A program made the translations under genes and the position numbers. This document shows, one piece after another, positions 1-13,033 of a stretch of 56,322 nt of DNA. The notes beneath the pieces were generated by a model, which did no database searches, had not been told where the DNA came from, and was given only the letters and a program-made list of their open reading frames with translations. Source of the stretch: Prorocentrum cordatum (taxonomy: Eukaryota); NCBI GenBank assembly GCA_963575745.1, contig CAUYUJ010000096.1, positions 62,001-118,322 on the forward strand, given 5' to 3'. Every line of letters starts with the position of its first letter. Position 1 is the first letter of the stretch.

Positions 1-239
1 TCTCTGCTCGTGCCGCGGCGGTCGCGGTCTCGATCGCGATCGCGGTCGCGGTCCAAGCTGGAGTCACGGCCGTCCCTGCGGTCGCAGCGATCATAGTCTC
101 CATCTCGGCGGTCATCGCGGTAGTCCCGACGATCGCGGCGGTCGCGGTCGCGGTCCCGATCTTGCTCGTAGTTCTTGTCGAATCCGCGGTGGCCGTTCCA
201 CGAGTCGTCGCCCCGGCGGCGCTCGTAGCCCTTGCCCAT
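1..239 (-). CDS. 5' part of an Arg/Asp-rich ORF (MGKGYERRRGDDSWNG...RDRDRD) running off the window; probably retroelement ORF1-like
   Basis: Own translation: ATG at 239 on minus strand, no stop to position 1; RD-dipeptide-rich like the N-terminus of the LINE ORF1 at 14886. Confidence 0.4.
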   Translation of the reverse strand, partial: MGKGYERRRGDDSWNGHRGFDKNYEQDRDRDRDRRDRRDYRDDRRDGDYDRCDRRDGRDSSLDRDRDRDRDRDRRGTSR

Positions 240-339
240 GGTGTCTGCGGTAGGAGAGGTGGAAGCGGAGGCAGAACGAAGGTGGTGTCGCCAAACTCGC
301 AAGACTGCTCGAACCCTTTGAACAGAAACGCTCCACGGA

Positions 340-2560
340 GCGGCATGCGCAGCAGCAGGGATGAGGTCCATAGGGTACCCCAGCAATAATAACTCGAATG
401 CCAGTTCGAGAGCCCAGCCCGTCGTGGGCCCAATGGATAGCTTAAGATACTGGGAACGCGCAAACCTGCTAGAGAACAAAGAGACCACCATAGCGAACTT
501 GCGCGGGAGTCGGCCTGGCCACGTAATGATGTTGGCACCGGGACGGGCTTCCACTTCGCCTGCTTGCCGAGGCCTGTTGAGATTCTTGGGGAAGACCAGG
601 ATATCGGGGCCAACCGTGCGGATCTCAAGATCAACCCAAATGCGCGGTTCCGTAGGGCCCGCGATTGTGGAACCCGCACTCAGGCGTATATGATATACTT
701 CTTGTAGGTATACAAGTGTACATGCACGGCCGCAATGTGTACTCATCCCAAGAAAATCATCCACATAACGACATTGGCCTAGAGGGGGCCTATCTTGATC
801 ACGGAGCCGTCGGAACCCAGCGGCACCCAGCCGAGCCTCATCTCGAAGGGCCTGGAGCTCAAACCAGCACGTAAGCACGGAGAGGGCAGCTCCAGATAGA
901 ACACTACCTATATGGGGGCCCCTTCATTTCATACATGATGCCACCTAGCGAGGCGAGGGAAATCCAGGAGACCGCCACGAGTGCCTTGTGCACGTCATGC
1001 GCCGAAATCTTGAACCTGCCAGGGGGAGTTGAACCCGTCCAGGGCTTGGTCAGGGGTGTCCGTGCATGCTTGGCGAGGGTGGCATCTACTCCAAAGTCCC
1101 CGAACAATCTCTGACGCCGCGCCCATCCATGCCTGCGACGCTGCCGCTGCACTGCGCTGTTCAAAAGCCTGGTCGGCGTCTGCTACGACCGCGCTGAGCC
1201 CTGAGAGGGGTGTGGCGCAGCGCCCGCAGCGCGTTCCTAAAGCTTGTGGAAGGGGCTCGAGGAGTCGGCGAACCTCATCAGCTGCATGGTTAGTGATAAG
1301 GACCTCCGAACTCACCTTACTCCTGGATAGAAGGTCGCGTGCAGCGCGGCTGATGATCTGAAATCCGCGCGGTCCTGGGACCTGGGGGCAATTTATAACC
1401 CTTCGGAGACAACTGTGAAAAGGGCTTGCCGCGCGTCCGCTCTCCCGATGGGGAGGGGCATTTTCCTTTGACCGTTGGGGGGACATACGGCGGCTTCGCG
1501 TCCGCCGAGGGTGCGGGCGTCAGGCGTGGGGCGCGCGGCCAAGGCGGAAGCGCCGCCGCCGCGCGGCCCCGCATCGACGCGGCAACGTCGTGCGGCGAGA
1601 TGTCGGGCCTGAGGGTCCAGTCGGGGTCCGACATGGCCAGCTGGTGGAGGTGCCTCATCATGTCGTCACCGTCGCACGCCCGCACCTTGTCGCACTCTTT
1701 GTCATCGGCGATGATCGCGCAATCCCCAGCCTCGCCCAGGCTCCTTGATAGATCGTGATCGACCTGCTGCCAGGCTGGTGGTGGGGCAGGTGTCGCGATC
1801 CATCTGTTCGAGATCCACTGCTGTAGATGCCGAAATTACGTCGTAGCACGCGGGGGGGAATGCGCGCCTTGGCCGCCCGCGTGCTCAGCGCCGCCCGCGC
1901 CTCGCGCAATGCCCTGTGCGGGCGGGGCCGCGCCGGTGGCCGCCGGGGGCCGCCCAGGCGGCGTGGGCGCCAAGGGGTTGACGGCGGGCCCTCGGGCGGA
2001 TGAAGGAGTGCCACGGAGGTGTAGTCAGCGCAGAAGCGGCTGGCCGACGCGCGATCCTTCCAGCGGGGTGCCTTGCTGCAGGTAGCCCGAGGGGGCTGTC
2101 GGTGAACTTCCAGTGTCGGTGCAAACTTCATCGTCGATGCCATGTGCGTAACCGCCGGGCTAACCCACATGCGGTACTCGGCGTCCTCAGCTGGCAGGCG
2201 TTGCGGTGGCCGACGTGCACTGGGCTGCCGAAGCCGTCGGAGGTGCAGGTCGATGTGATGCACGGCCATCCGCTGCCTGAAGGGATCGTGGGAAGTGCCA
2301 AGCCATCGAGGCCGCTAACAGATGGGCGCCCACCTCCAAGCGGGTGAGGAAGATGAAGACAGGTAAGTCCTTCCACTTGGCCGCCAGGAAGGCCAGCGGG
2401 AGCCCCGGCCTGCGGCCCTCGAACAGCCAGAGGGGGCCGATATGGCCCGTGAGGTGGCGGTGTTCGGCGATCTGGAGCTGGTAGAGGGCCCCGGGCGGCG
2501 CCGACTCGGACAAGGCTCCTGTGTAATCCACAGAGACGTCCTGTTCGATGCCATCCGGGG
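340..2560 (-). pseudogene. Degenerate Penelope-like (PLE-type) reverse transcriptase, several frameshifts; boundaries approximate
   Basis: Motifs in order across frames: IIADDKE (~1695-1716), PYVPPTVKGKC (~1458-1491), HSCLRRVINCP (~1385-1417), ADADQAFEQ (~1157-1183), G-x-PIGSVLS (~895-920, frameshifted), RYVDD (756-770), WVDLEI (621-638). Confidence 0.65.
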
Positions 2561-2855
2561 CTATCTCCTGGGCCGCCGTTAGGACTGTGCTCGCCCAGGC
2601 AGGCGCGCCGCCATGGCGGGGGGCGGCGGCGCTGGGCGCTGCGGGTCGTCACCATCGTGTGGAGCTGGCCCGTGCCCCGCCGCCTGCTGATAGCCTCGGA
2701 CTCCATGGCGTCGCTCTGGTTGCACTTCGGGTTGAAACGTCGGATAGCAAGCGCCTCAAAGTGGGGTGAGGCTCGCCCCGTCCTCAGCAGCAGCACTGGT
2801 AGGACAAGCAACGATCCTAGGCTGCGGCGGAGGACTCGGCAGCGAGGTCGGCGAC

Positions 2856-2943
2856 CTGGGCCGATCCGAGGGTGAAGCGCAGCTCGTGCATGCTCGGCGA
2901 CTCGGCCCAGTAGACCAGGGGGCGCAGTGTCCCGTAGGAGCGC
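2856..2943 (-). other. Candidate host micro-exon (RSYGTLRPLVYWAESPSMHELRFTLGSAQ)
   Basis: AG acceptor at 2945-2944, CAG|GT donor at 2856/2855, GC3-rich open frame. Confidence 0.3.
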
Positions 2944-3014
2944 CTCGCCGATGTGCAGCCCGCTGTGGCTGCCGAGCACATAGACAGCGGATCGGGCCTC
3001 CGTGCGCGGGGGGC

Positions 3015-3060
3015 CGAGGAAGCGCCCGAAAATCTGCAGCAGCAGGGGCTGCCCCCAGTC
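3015..3060 (-). other. Candidate host micro-exon (DWGQPLLLQIFGRFL)
   Basis: ccctccAG acceptor, G|GC donor, GC3-rich codons. Confidence 0.3.
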
Positions 3061-3473
3061 CTGGAGGGCCTCGCGGAGACCCGGGGCGGCGATGGACAGG
3101 AGCTACTTGGCCCATGACGGTATGCGTCGTTGTGCCTGCGCGCGTCGCAAGCGAAGAATTGCCAGCATAACCAATGAAAAGCCATGCGTACTCCACAAGT
3201 AAGCTCCTCGAAAAGGACGAAACAAGAGCCTCTGTGGGCCAGCGACATATTCCATCAAACAGGACAACAAACTGACCAAACGTGGTACTGCATGGCGGTG
3301 TCCGCGTTGTGACCATGTCCACTGTCGTAGCCGACTGGCTGCCTCTTCCTGAGGGATGGCCGCTGAACGGCATAGAAAACTCTGGACGAGTGAACACACC
3401 GAGTTGTGGTCCTGAATGTGGCGTAGGGGGAGCGGCCAGCGGACCATGGGGCGCTCTTGGGCCTCCTCAAGGG

Positions 3474-3971
3474 CTACGAGCCCGCCGACCAGCGACCGCT
3501 CGAGGACGTCGGCCACCCGTCGTTGGAGATGCCAATGTCCATCCGTAGCAACGTCCTCGCATCGTCGTCGGTGATGTCCATGTCCGTGTGCATGTTCATC
3601 ACGTCTCTGATCTCCTCGTGGGGCTCCCGCTGGATGCGGAGGTACCGCGTCTGGTTGTCCCTGATGCTCTCCTCCACCAGGGCCCTCTGGAAGGACGGAT
3701 ACAGGAAATCCAAGTAGCCTTGGAAGAAATCGCAGTAGACGGTTGGGAGCTGATGGAGGCATCCCGTCCACTGGACTCCGGGCCCGAGAAAGTGTCGGAG
3801 ACTTCGCGCGTTGCCGTCTTGCAGCAAGCAATGTCTGAGGTCGGGCATGAACTCCACGTCGGAGAAAAATGATAAGAAACCGATGTACTGCACCGCCTCA
3901 CTCTGAGGCACAAGAACACCAAATATATGGAATATGGAAGCGCGCCGTCGGATGACGCTACTTGAGCTCAT
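3474..3971 (-). CDS. Hypothetical protein fragment of unknown origin
   Basis: 165-codon ORF with ordinary globular composition (FFQGYLDFLYPSFQRALVEESIRDNQ...); no motif recognised. Confidence 0.3.
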   Translation of the reverse strand: MSSSSVIRRRASIFHIFGVLVPQSEAVQYIGFLSFFSDVEFMPDLRHCLLQDGNARSLRHFLGPGVQWTGCLHQLPTVYCDFFQGYLDFLYPSFQRALVEESIRDNQTRYLRIQREPHEEIRDVMNMHTDMDITDDDARTLLRMDIGISNDGWPTSSSGRWSAGS

Positions 3972-4143
3972 GATCCCCGTTGCCTCGCGGCCGTGTCGGC
4001 CAAGACGGTAAGAGAGTCACTGTTTGCGTGCATGTTTTCCACAGATCCAGCGCCCACCAGTAGACTGTGACCATCACTATGGCTGCGAGCGTCACGCGGG
4101 CCGTAGGGAGAAATAGAAGGAACATACGGACTTATGGGCGGGT

Positions 4144-4164
4144 GAGAGACAGAGAGAGAGGGAC

Positions 4165-4210
<46 letters not shown>
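4144..4210. repeat. (GA)n microsatellite
   Basis: Direct reading. Confidence 0.95.
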
Positions 4211-5144
4211 GCAGTGACGAATAATTGCGAGCGAGTGAATGGGTGGATCTATGAACGAGTGAATGCGTGATGGAGGAGGGAGGAACAGAGGGAAGGTGGG
4301 AGGGAAGGACCAACGATCTGCAGAGAGTGCATCCGACGGGCGGGAACACCTGCGAACATCCAACAGAGCATATAATGGGTATCGCCGTAGCCGGTGTCCA
4401 TGTGGAGGGAGGGGCCGGTCCATATCCTCGTAAGGGGTGCTGCTCGGCCGCGACCGCCGCGTAATAGTAAATCCCCGCCTGAGGCTGCCCATCGCCCCGA
4501 GGCTCCACGACCGCTTGAGGCGCGGCACTCGGGCCGCGCAGTCTGCGCCCCGCCTGCGCTGCCAGCTGCTGCCGCTGCCGCTGCGCCCCGAAGTGCCGAG
4601 AGGTTCGCAGCGCCAGCAGCAAGCTCCCACAGCTGCCGCCGCTTCTGCAGCCGAAGAGCGACGCGCGGCGGCAATGCGTGTGTCAACTCGTCACCCAACT
4701 CGGGGCCGTGGATGTCCGCGGCCGCTCTGCCCGCCTCGCCGAGCTCCGAAACGCCTGTTGCAGGCACCAGCGCAGCCGCCTCCTGGGCCATCACGTTGTC
4801 CAACTCCATGGTTGGCGTCGCCTCTCCAGCGCCCGCTCTTCTGCTACGCCCGCGCGGGCGGCGCCGCCGCCGAAAAACAACAAATGGCGCGGCCGCTTCC
4901 GTGAGCGGGGCGGGTCGGGCGGGGGCACCGCCAGCACGGCCACGGCCGTGCGGAGAAGGCCCTCAGCCGCGCGCAACAAGCGCGCCGCCTCGCCGCACCC
5001 AGCAGGAACACGGCCCGAATGCCCAGCAGCAACATGGACCGCGATGAACGCGCCGCGCGCGGGCAGCCTGTGTACCTGGCATCGGTGCGTCGGCGGCGGG
5101 GCCAGCGAACGAGCGATCTTGAACCAGAGCAGTCCTGGGCGGCA

Positions 5145-5176
5145 TGGAGGGAGGGAGGGAGGGAGGGAGGGAGGGA

Positions 5177-5207
<31 letters not shown>

Positions 5208-5386
5208 GGAGGAGGAGGAGGAGGAGGAGGAGGAGGAGGAAGAAGAAGAGGAGGAGGAGGAGGAGGAGGAGGAGGAGGAGGAAGAGAAAGGAGGATGGGG
5301 ATGAGGAGGAGGAGGACGAGGGGGAGTAGGAGGAGAAGAAGGAAGAGGAGGAGGCGGAGGAGGAGGAGGAGGAGGAGGAGGAGGAC
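5145..5386. repeat. (GGGA)n + (GAG)n microsatellite
   Basis: Direct reading. Confidence 0.95.
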
Positions 5387-5734
5387 CAATGTAAAACCAA
5401 GAGTCACCAACGATGTTTGAATACGCCATCCTCCAAGCTCCCTCTGCATAGGCTCCTACAGCGGTTCATCCACAGAGAAACCTGCCTCGTTGGACGACAA
5501 CCGTTTGAAGACCTTGAACCATGCCAACAAATTATTCCCGGCATTCCAACGCCACGGATAAACTGGACTGTTGCGTCTTGGCGACCCTGAATCGTGCCAT
5601 AACGCCATTCCTGGGACTTCAACACCGTGAATCATCGTAACTGCTGCGCCCTCATAATCGTGAGCTTTTCCAAAACACCATTTCTGGTACGTCGATCATG
5701 GGAAGTCGTAAACATCAGGAACTTTTTCGGCAAG

Positions 5735-6140
5735 AATGCGCGCGGCGCTAAGGCGAGAACCGCACTTTGGAAAGGAGCCGCCCTCAACCCGTGAAGCTCT
5801 TGCAACATTTGTAAACAAATGTGCGCGCCGCTAAAGCGAGAGCCGCATTTTGAAAACGACCCGCCCTCAATCAATGAAACTCTTGCAAACGTTGAAAACA
5901 AATTTGCGAGGCGCTAGTGCGAGAACCACATTTTGAAAACCACCTGCCCTAAATCCGTGAAGCTCTTGCAAATTTAAAGCCAATGTGCGCGGCTCTAAAG
6001 CGAGAACCACATTTTGAAAACGACCCGCCCTTCATCCGTGAAGCTCTTGCAATTTGTTCAAACGAATGTGCGCGCCGTTCGGGCGAGAGCCACATTTTGA
6101 AAACCACCCGCCCTCCATCTGTGAAGCGGTTGCCAATGTT
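5735..6140. repeat. Degenerate ~82-bp tandem repeat, ~5 copies
   Basis: ccacattttgaaaac..ccgccct..atccgtgaagctcttgcaa...atgtgcgcg..gctaaagcgaga recurs at ~5761, 5843, 5926, 6008, 6090. Confidence 0.85.
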
Positions 6141-6239
6141 TAAGCTTCAGGGTCATAAGTGGTGAGGAGGGCTCAGGCGAAACGGCCGAACCGCCCTAAA
6201 AACTGGCCTCGGGGCGCGACAGGGAGCAATTATCCACAA

Positions 6240-7160
6240 GGAGAAAGAATGGAGGAGGAGAAGGGGGAGGAGGAGGAAGAGGAGGAGGAGGAGGAGGAGG
6301 AGGAGGAGGAGGAGAAGGAGGAGGAGGAGGAGGAAAAGGAGGAGGAGGAGGGGGAGGAGGAGGAGGAGGAGGAGGAGGAGGAGAAAGAGAAGGAGGAGGA
6401 GGAGGAGGAGGAGGAGGGGGCGGAGGAGGAGGAGGAGGAAGAGGAGGAGGAGGTCTCTCCCGCCTCTACTGCGCTCGGTCTTTCTGGCTTGTGGTTCCCT
6501 CCTCCTTCCCTCCCTCCCTGGGTTTGCACCCCGCGGTTCCCTGGGGGTCGGCCGCGCACGCCCGCCGCGCGCGCCTTACGCGGCCTCTCCCGCGCCGACT
6601 GACCCGCCCTCGTGTTGCGCAGGGGACCGCTGAGGCAAAAGGGGGGGAGGAGGAGGAGGAGGAGGAGGAGGAGGAGGAGGAGGAGGAGGAGGAGGAGGAG
6701 GAGGACGAGGAGGAGGAGGAGACAGAGGAGGAGGGGGAGGAGGAGGAGGAGGAGACAGAGGAGGAGGGGGAGGAGGAGGAGGAGGAGGAGGAGGAGAGGG
6801 AGGAGGAGAAAGGAGGAGGAAGAAGGAGGATGAGGACGGATGATGATGCTGATGATGCTGACGAGGAGGAGGAGGAAGAGGAGGAGGGGTATGACGATAT
6901 GGCGAAGGTGGAGCAGAACAGGGTATATAAGATAGTGAAGGTGATGCTGATTATGATGATGCTGCTGGTAATGATGGTGGTGATGGTGATAGCGATGCCG
7001 ATGATGATGAGGGGAATGACAAAAATAAAGGGAGGGAAAATGGTGGAGGCGAAAGACGGATAATGACATACAGTAGAAGCAGGAACGCGATGATACTGCA
7101 GCGGGGAGAAACATTGAGGAAACAACGAATATGATGAGCAGGAGGAGGAGGAGCGGGAGG
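6240..7160. repeat. (GAG)n and (GAT)n microsatellite blocks
   Basis: Direct reading (6240-6452, 6645-6890, ~6940-7010). Confidence 0.9.
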
Positions 7161-8369
7161 GCGGGGGCAACATCACGATCTAGAAGACGCGATCACAAGG
7201 GGGTGGAGGAGTCAGGAGGGGGACCCGGAGGACCAGTGTAGTCCCAACATGTTTCCACGATGTTGCAGTGCACTCTCCGGTCCTGAGCCCCTCTTCATTC
7301 GTTCCTGCCAATGTCCTTTCTGTCTTTTCTCACTGCGCGGGACGCCCCCGTTGAAAGGCGAACGTCCCATGGGCGCGCACTTCAGGCTGGCCCTGCGGTG
7401 AACGGAGACGTTCTCCACCCGTCGAGCTCTACGGAAGGTGCCAGGGTGGGGCTTGCAATCCACGGGAGTGCCCACTGACAGCCCCGCTCTGAGAACAGAG
7501 CCACGCTCCACCCGAGCAGCTGCTGCACATACGTTCTGGTCGTGAAGCCCAACGGACCCCAGAAGCGAGAACCCCGCTTTGAAAATGAACCACTCTCCGT
7601 CTGTGTACTCCAGATTTTGTAATAAAGGGAGGGGGGTCTCATTTCGGGGGGGGTCTCTTCCAGGCTATCTTGGAGGGCCTGGGGGGGTCTGGGGACGATG
7701 TTTTGGAGGGTTCTCCCACGGGGGGTGGTCTGAAATGGCTTGTCTTGGAGGGTCCAGACCCCCTCCCGTTTATTACGAAATCTGGAGTAGCTGTTGCACA
7801 ACGCGTGGTTGATAAAGCCTGATGCGCTCACGGGCGATAGACTCATACGGACAAAAAGAACAACCCTTCGTCCGTGCGGCTGTCTCACACCCTCGCGCTT
7901 GTGGTAGTACTGATGTCGTGCCCGTAGCTGTTGATTTCATCTGCACGTGCGCAACGCTAACGCGAAACTCCATTTTGAAAAAGTAGTGCCCTCCATCCGT
8001 GCAGCTGCTAGAATTTGGACGCCCGATATGGGTACCGAAAACATGGGTACTATGCCCAACAGCAAATGTTGTCCCAAACCAACAGCGGCCGCTGTTGGGC
8101 AGGCGGCCTCCTGTCTCGAATGGACACAGGCCACGGCGGCGTGGACAGCGAACCCTGTTCAAACTGAACAAGATCCGCTGTTGGGCATTGTACCCATTCT
8201 TTCAGTACCCATTTCGTGCGTGCAGATAGAAGCTTCGACCTCCAAAACAATAGGGGGTGGTCCGACAGGGAGGACGTTCTTCATAAAGGGAGAGGGTGGA
8301 CAAGGAATAGGGCGGATGAGGTGAAGCGTGGCCGACTTGGTATGGAGTATGGAAGGAGGATGACTCTGA

Positions 8370-8401
8370 AGAGGAGGAGGAGGAGGAGGATAAGGATGAT
8401 T

Positions 8402-8468
<67 letters not shown>

Positions 8469-9090
8469 GGAGGAGGAGGAGGAGGAGGAGGAATAGGAGG
8501 AGGAGGAGGAGGAGGAGGAGGAGGAGGAGGAGGAGGAGGAGGAGGACAAGGACGAGGACGAGGAGAAGGCACATCGCTGTTTCGATGCCACCGTGCCGCG
8601 GCTGGCGACGACGAGACGCCAAAAAGCTTCTGCCAACAGGGAGGAGGTACGGCGTTCCGAATATGTCGGTCCAGAGGGACTACATCTCCTCGCTGCGTGC
8701 CTGGATGACCACGCCGCGGAGGAGGGCAGCATCGAGGAACTCATGTTGCGGACGCCTGAGTGGTAACCGCAGCGGAGACGGAGGTGGATGATGATGATGA
8801 TGCTGATGAGGTTGTTGTTGATGATGATGATGATGATGAGGAGGAGGAGGAGGAGGATGATGATGATGATGCTGATGTGGTTGTTGATGATGATGATGCT
8901 GCTGTTGATGCTGATGATGATGAGGAGAAGGAGAAGGATGATGATAATGAGGAGGAGGAGGAAGATGGCCAGGAGGAGAAGGAGGAGAATGAGGACGAGG
9001 AGGAGGAGGAGGAGGAGGAGGAATAGCAAGAACAGCAATGAGACGGAGAAAGAGGAGGAGGAGGAGGAGGAGGAGGAGGAGGAGGAGGAG
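8370..9090. repeat. (GAG)n/(GAT)n microsatellite blocks, 3' flank or tail of the LINE
   Basis: Direct reading. Confidence 0.9.
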
Positions 9091-9174
9091 CGACCGTACC
9101 AAGAAGGAACGAGACGAGGGCAGGCGGGCAAGACGCGAGAAGAGGGCAAGTGTCCGCGTGTCCGCTTGTCACGT

Positions 9175-12100
9175 CTATGGCCGCATCGCATGCAGTGCAG
9201 CAGCTAGGCACTCAGAGCCTGTAGTGTAAAGAAGCGCGGCGCGGGGCGCGGCGTGCGTAATGATACGCAGTTTGTTGTAGAAGTGAAATGAAAGTGCTGT
9301 CCTGCGAACAGCTTCTGAAATTGTGTGCTCTGGGTTTGCGTGTTGCTCTGACGTCCCTAGGCCAATTCGCACGAGGGGGTCCGAGGAGAGAAAGGAACGA
9401 GGTAACGCGAGGAAGTGAAGAAGGCGAGGACAGGTGAGGTAGTGGCCGAGACGGTCAGGGCAAGCTTCGCGCCCGAGCAGACACGTGCGGCGCGGTCCAA
9501 ATGGGAATCGGTGACTGGTCCACCATGCTCCCGCTAGCGTTTTAAAGACAGCCCAGCGGATGGCTGGAGCTTTCTTTGAAAAGGTATTCTGATAGCTCCT
9601 TCCAGCGGGTTGGTAGGGCTGGGGGGAGCACGATTTCTGGGAGAGCCGACGAGAGGCGGCGCGCTAGGGTCTCTGCGAACTTGTCGGGGTAGGAGGGAGG
9701 CGTGTAGGACCGAGGCAAGAGTTCGCTGGACCCTAGAGCGGCGCGCTTCGTTGGTGGCAGCAGCGTGCTCGTCTGCAGCGGCTTGTTGCGCCGAGCGCCA
9801 GATGGGCAGTGAAACGTCGTGTGGCGGCTGACCGTCGACGAGGTCTCGCCAGTATTCCACGATACCTGGACTTTTCCAAAACACAGGCGAGATCGTGCCC
9901 CGAATACGGGCCTGCCCCAAATCCGCTAGAGACAGTTCTGGATTGAGCTGGTCCATGGCCAGGATGAGAGCGCGATACAGCGGCTTCCAGTCGGGAAGCG
10001 TGGCCGTGGCGGCGCGCCAGGCCGCTGCGAGTGAAAGCGTGGCCAGTGAATTGGGGGAGGACGAGGGCGACCACGAGCGAGTGCCGAGGAGGTCGACGAG
10101 GCGCCAGGAGTTGGGGGGTGCACGTAAAATTTTGTGCAGCGTGCAGCGTTCGTGCCGCAGAAATGTGGCAGGGAACGGGAAGTATTGCGTGAGATACGAT
10201 AGCACAGTTATAACACATGTGTTATATTACTTGATGGCAACTGAGGGGCCAGGCGCGCTCGCCGCAAGCTGCGCCACCCGTAGCCAGTATTTGTCGAATG
10301 CGGCCTTCCATTGGATGTCTAGAGTGACGGCGGGACCGATGAGTACCCCTAGATAGCGGGCGTACTCGGCAATTTGAAAGTGCTGCCACTCTGGGACTAG
10401 AAATTTGAGCAAGCGCTGAGTGAGGGATTGTACGGCAGGTGAGAAGGCGGCCCACAAGGGCACAATCACTGTCTTCTGAATCTGAAGTTCGAGTCCTGCG
10501 AGAGTAGCAATGGCCCGAAAAGGGGGAAGGAGGAAATGGAGAGTCCCCAGGCGAGCGAGGACAAGGCCCAGATCATCTGCGCAGGCCCCGAGCTTATTAG
10601 ATCCAGGAAGAATGTTTAAAATCTGGGCGAGATGACGGATGGGGGCATCAAACGCAAGGGCCCAGATTGATCCTGAAAGAGGACAGCACTGCAGCACCCC
10701 AGAGCCGATTTCGAACATGTATTGAAGCTGGCCACCGACGCGGGCCCACGCCCCTGGAGAATGGTAAAGCGCACGGATGACATTGAGATACCCTGGGGGA
10801 ACTCCGTGAGCCGCCAAAGAAGCAAACAGGAATTCCCATCCTAAGGATGGGAAGGCGGCCTTGATATCGAAACTGACTAAGATGGGAAGGGCATCTAGGG
10901 CAGCTGGGGAATGGCCTGCTCTACGGGCTTCAGAATCTAGCGTCAGAACGTGTTGTCCAAAATTACGGCCCTTTACAAATCCCTGTTGCGTGTCTACCGT
11001 TCTCTCTTTTACCGCATCCACTAAGCCCATGTTCACGACGTGGGCAATCAGTTTGGCGTCGCAGTTCTTTAGGGAGAGGGGGCGAGTGGCACCTGGAGCA
11101 CGAAATGCGGCGTATTGGTCCTGGGGCTCATCACCTTTTGGAAGAAACGCGAAGACGGAATCGTTGAACTGAAACGGGGCCATTCCTGTTTCGAACATCT
11201 GCATCATGAGGTCATATGAGATCTGAGAGGAGCCTGGAGAGGTAGCCCATGCAGCATAAGGTATCTGGTCAGGGCCTGGGGCAGTGTGACGTACCTTACG
11301 TAGGGCTCTCTGAAAGTCCTGAAGAGCTGGAACCCGCAGGTCCGCGCAATCGAAGACGGGGAGGTGCTGGGCCAAGTACGAGTGGACTGCGTTGGGGTCC
11401 ACGTTCTTGCTCGAGAAGATGGGCTGCCAGAACTTCTGAAGACCTCCGAAAATGCCCTCGGGAGAGCTGGTGGTGGGGAGGGCTTTGTTGGGTGTCCCCT
11501 CTTTCGGAATCCTAAGTCCTGCTAGAACGAGGCGTCGACGAAAAGGGTTCCAGGCCTGCGCTCGGCGCATGAGCTGCAACGCGGCCTTGCGGCTGCCGGC
11601 CTGGTCCATCTGCATCTCGGCGTGGGACTGGAGCTGGCGCTTCGTAGCGATGGCGACGCGTCTGTCATAGTCTGCGGTAACTGCTGCATCCATAAGCTCG
11701 ATGTACCCGTCTCTGTTGATGAGCTCGGGCCCATTGTCGGTAAGGTGAAGGCGAGCGGCGCCAATGTCCGTCGTGGCCATGAGGAGTGCAGCTGTGTCTG
11801 AGTCTTTTCGCCATACCGTCCGAGCAATGGCACGTAGTGTAGTAAGCCTCCCATGCTTCGCCCATCGGCTTTGATCATGTAGGGTGGCTCGCTGTTGAAG
11901 ATTACGAGTGAGGCGAGCCGCTTCTTTGATGATGAGCTTGTGTTGTTTCCAGGCTCCAGTTGGCGTGAGAGCTGCCGAGGCGATGTTGTCCTTCAGGAAG
12001 TTGAAATGGCGCAGGTACGTGGGATCGTGGAAGATGAGCGGATCAATGGCCTGTTCCTCCTTCTGCGCCGCCGATGCGTTGACCAGCAGCAGGTGCAGGA

Positions 12101-13031
12101 TCGCATGGTCACTGAGGCCTTTATCTGATAAGGCAGCGCCGTCTTTGTGGATCTTGAGGCGGGCGTCAACATTCATGAGATCGATGCCCGACAGCGATGC
12201 GAAGATGCGATCTATGGCGGTTGCCGCTTGTGTGTTGGCCGAGAAGGGCGTGGGCAGGTCGTGCGTAACTTCCGTGAGCGAGGCAAACAATTGGCGCCAA
12301 CGTGCTTGTTCGCGCTGATACTGTCCATCAGGTGCCATTGGGCACCAGCGTGCTGATGGATCCTTGAAGTTAAAGGAGGGGGCCGCGCTGGTGTTGAAAT
12401 CGCCCATGGCAATGAATAGCCGCTGATGAGGGTACTGCGCTGCCCATTGACGGGAAGCATGCCACGCTTCCGTCACTCTATCCATATCCTTAGCCTGCAG
12501 GTCGTGATTGTGTACATTCATGATGAGCGTTTCGAAGCCTGTGGTGTGGTTGGCCACATGGGGGACAGCCGCCCTCCCGCGTATCACTGGCCAAAGTGAG
12601 GTGGAGGTCGTCGTCATCGATGGCGTCGGCACTAAGAAGGCAATGCCGCCCTTGCCGCGGTTGTGAGGGAAGCCACTGAAGAAGGCCTGATAGTCGTAGG
12701 GAAGCTTGCCGAGGTGTGATTCGAGATCGAGCTGTGTGCTGTGCACCTCTTGGAGAGCGATGAGCGACTGCTTGCGCATAAAGGGAGCGAGCTGCCGAAT
12801 CTTTCCCCAGCGCTTGGCATCATCATGGCAGAGTAGCCCGCGAGCGTTCCAACAGATGTAACTGCCTGCCGTATCAGCTGTAGAAGGGCGTGTACGTGTA
12901 CGTGTAGTCCGTGGCCGACAGTTGCTGAATGGCGAGCTGGAGTCCGACGAGGATGAAGAAGCGCTAGAAGAGGACGATAACGAAGAAGCCGAAGATGAGC
13001 TGAAAGTTGAGGCCGAGCCATTCTGAATCAT
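9175..13031 (-). pseudogene. LINE ORF2: AP endonuclease + reverse transcriptase + C-terminal Zn knuckle (disrupted)
   Basis: ATG 13031; APE motifs WNARGL, ALQEVH, GDFN, IDRIF, SDH; RT motifs APGPD, RPLSL, FDIKAAFPSL, GVLQCCPLS, CADD, YLGV; in-frame TAA at 10227-10229 with same-frame continuation; frameshifts ~9693 and ~9580 restore KTLAGAWWTSHRF...CLLG...DRLGHYLTCP; TAG at 9175. Confidence 0.9.
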
Positions 13032-13033
13032 AT

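Noticed and set aside
4791..9229. Poly-E/S/P/R/L ORFs
   Set aside because: Translations of (GAG)n/(GAT)n; the same applies at 33.1-35.6 kb and 44-49 kb
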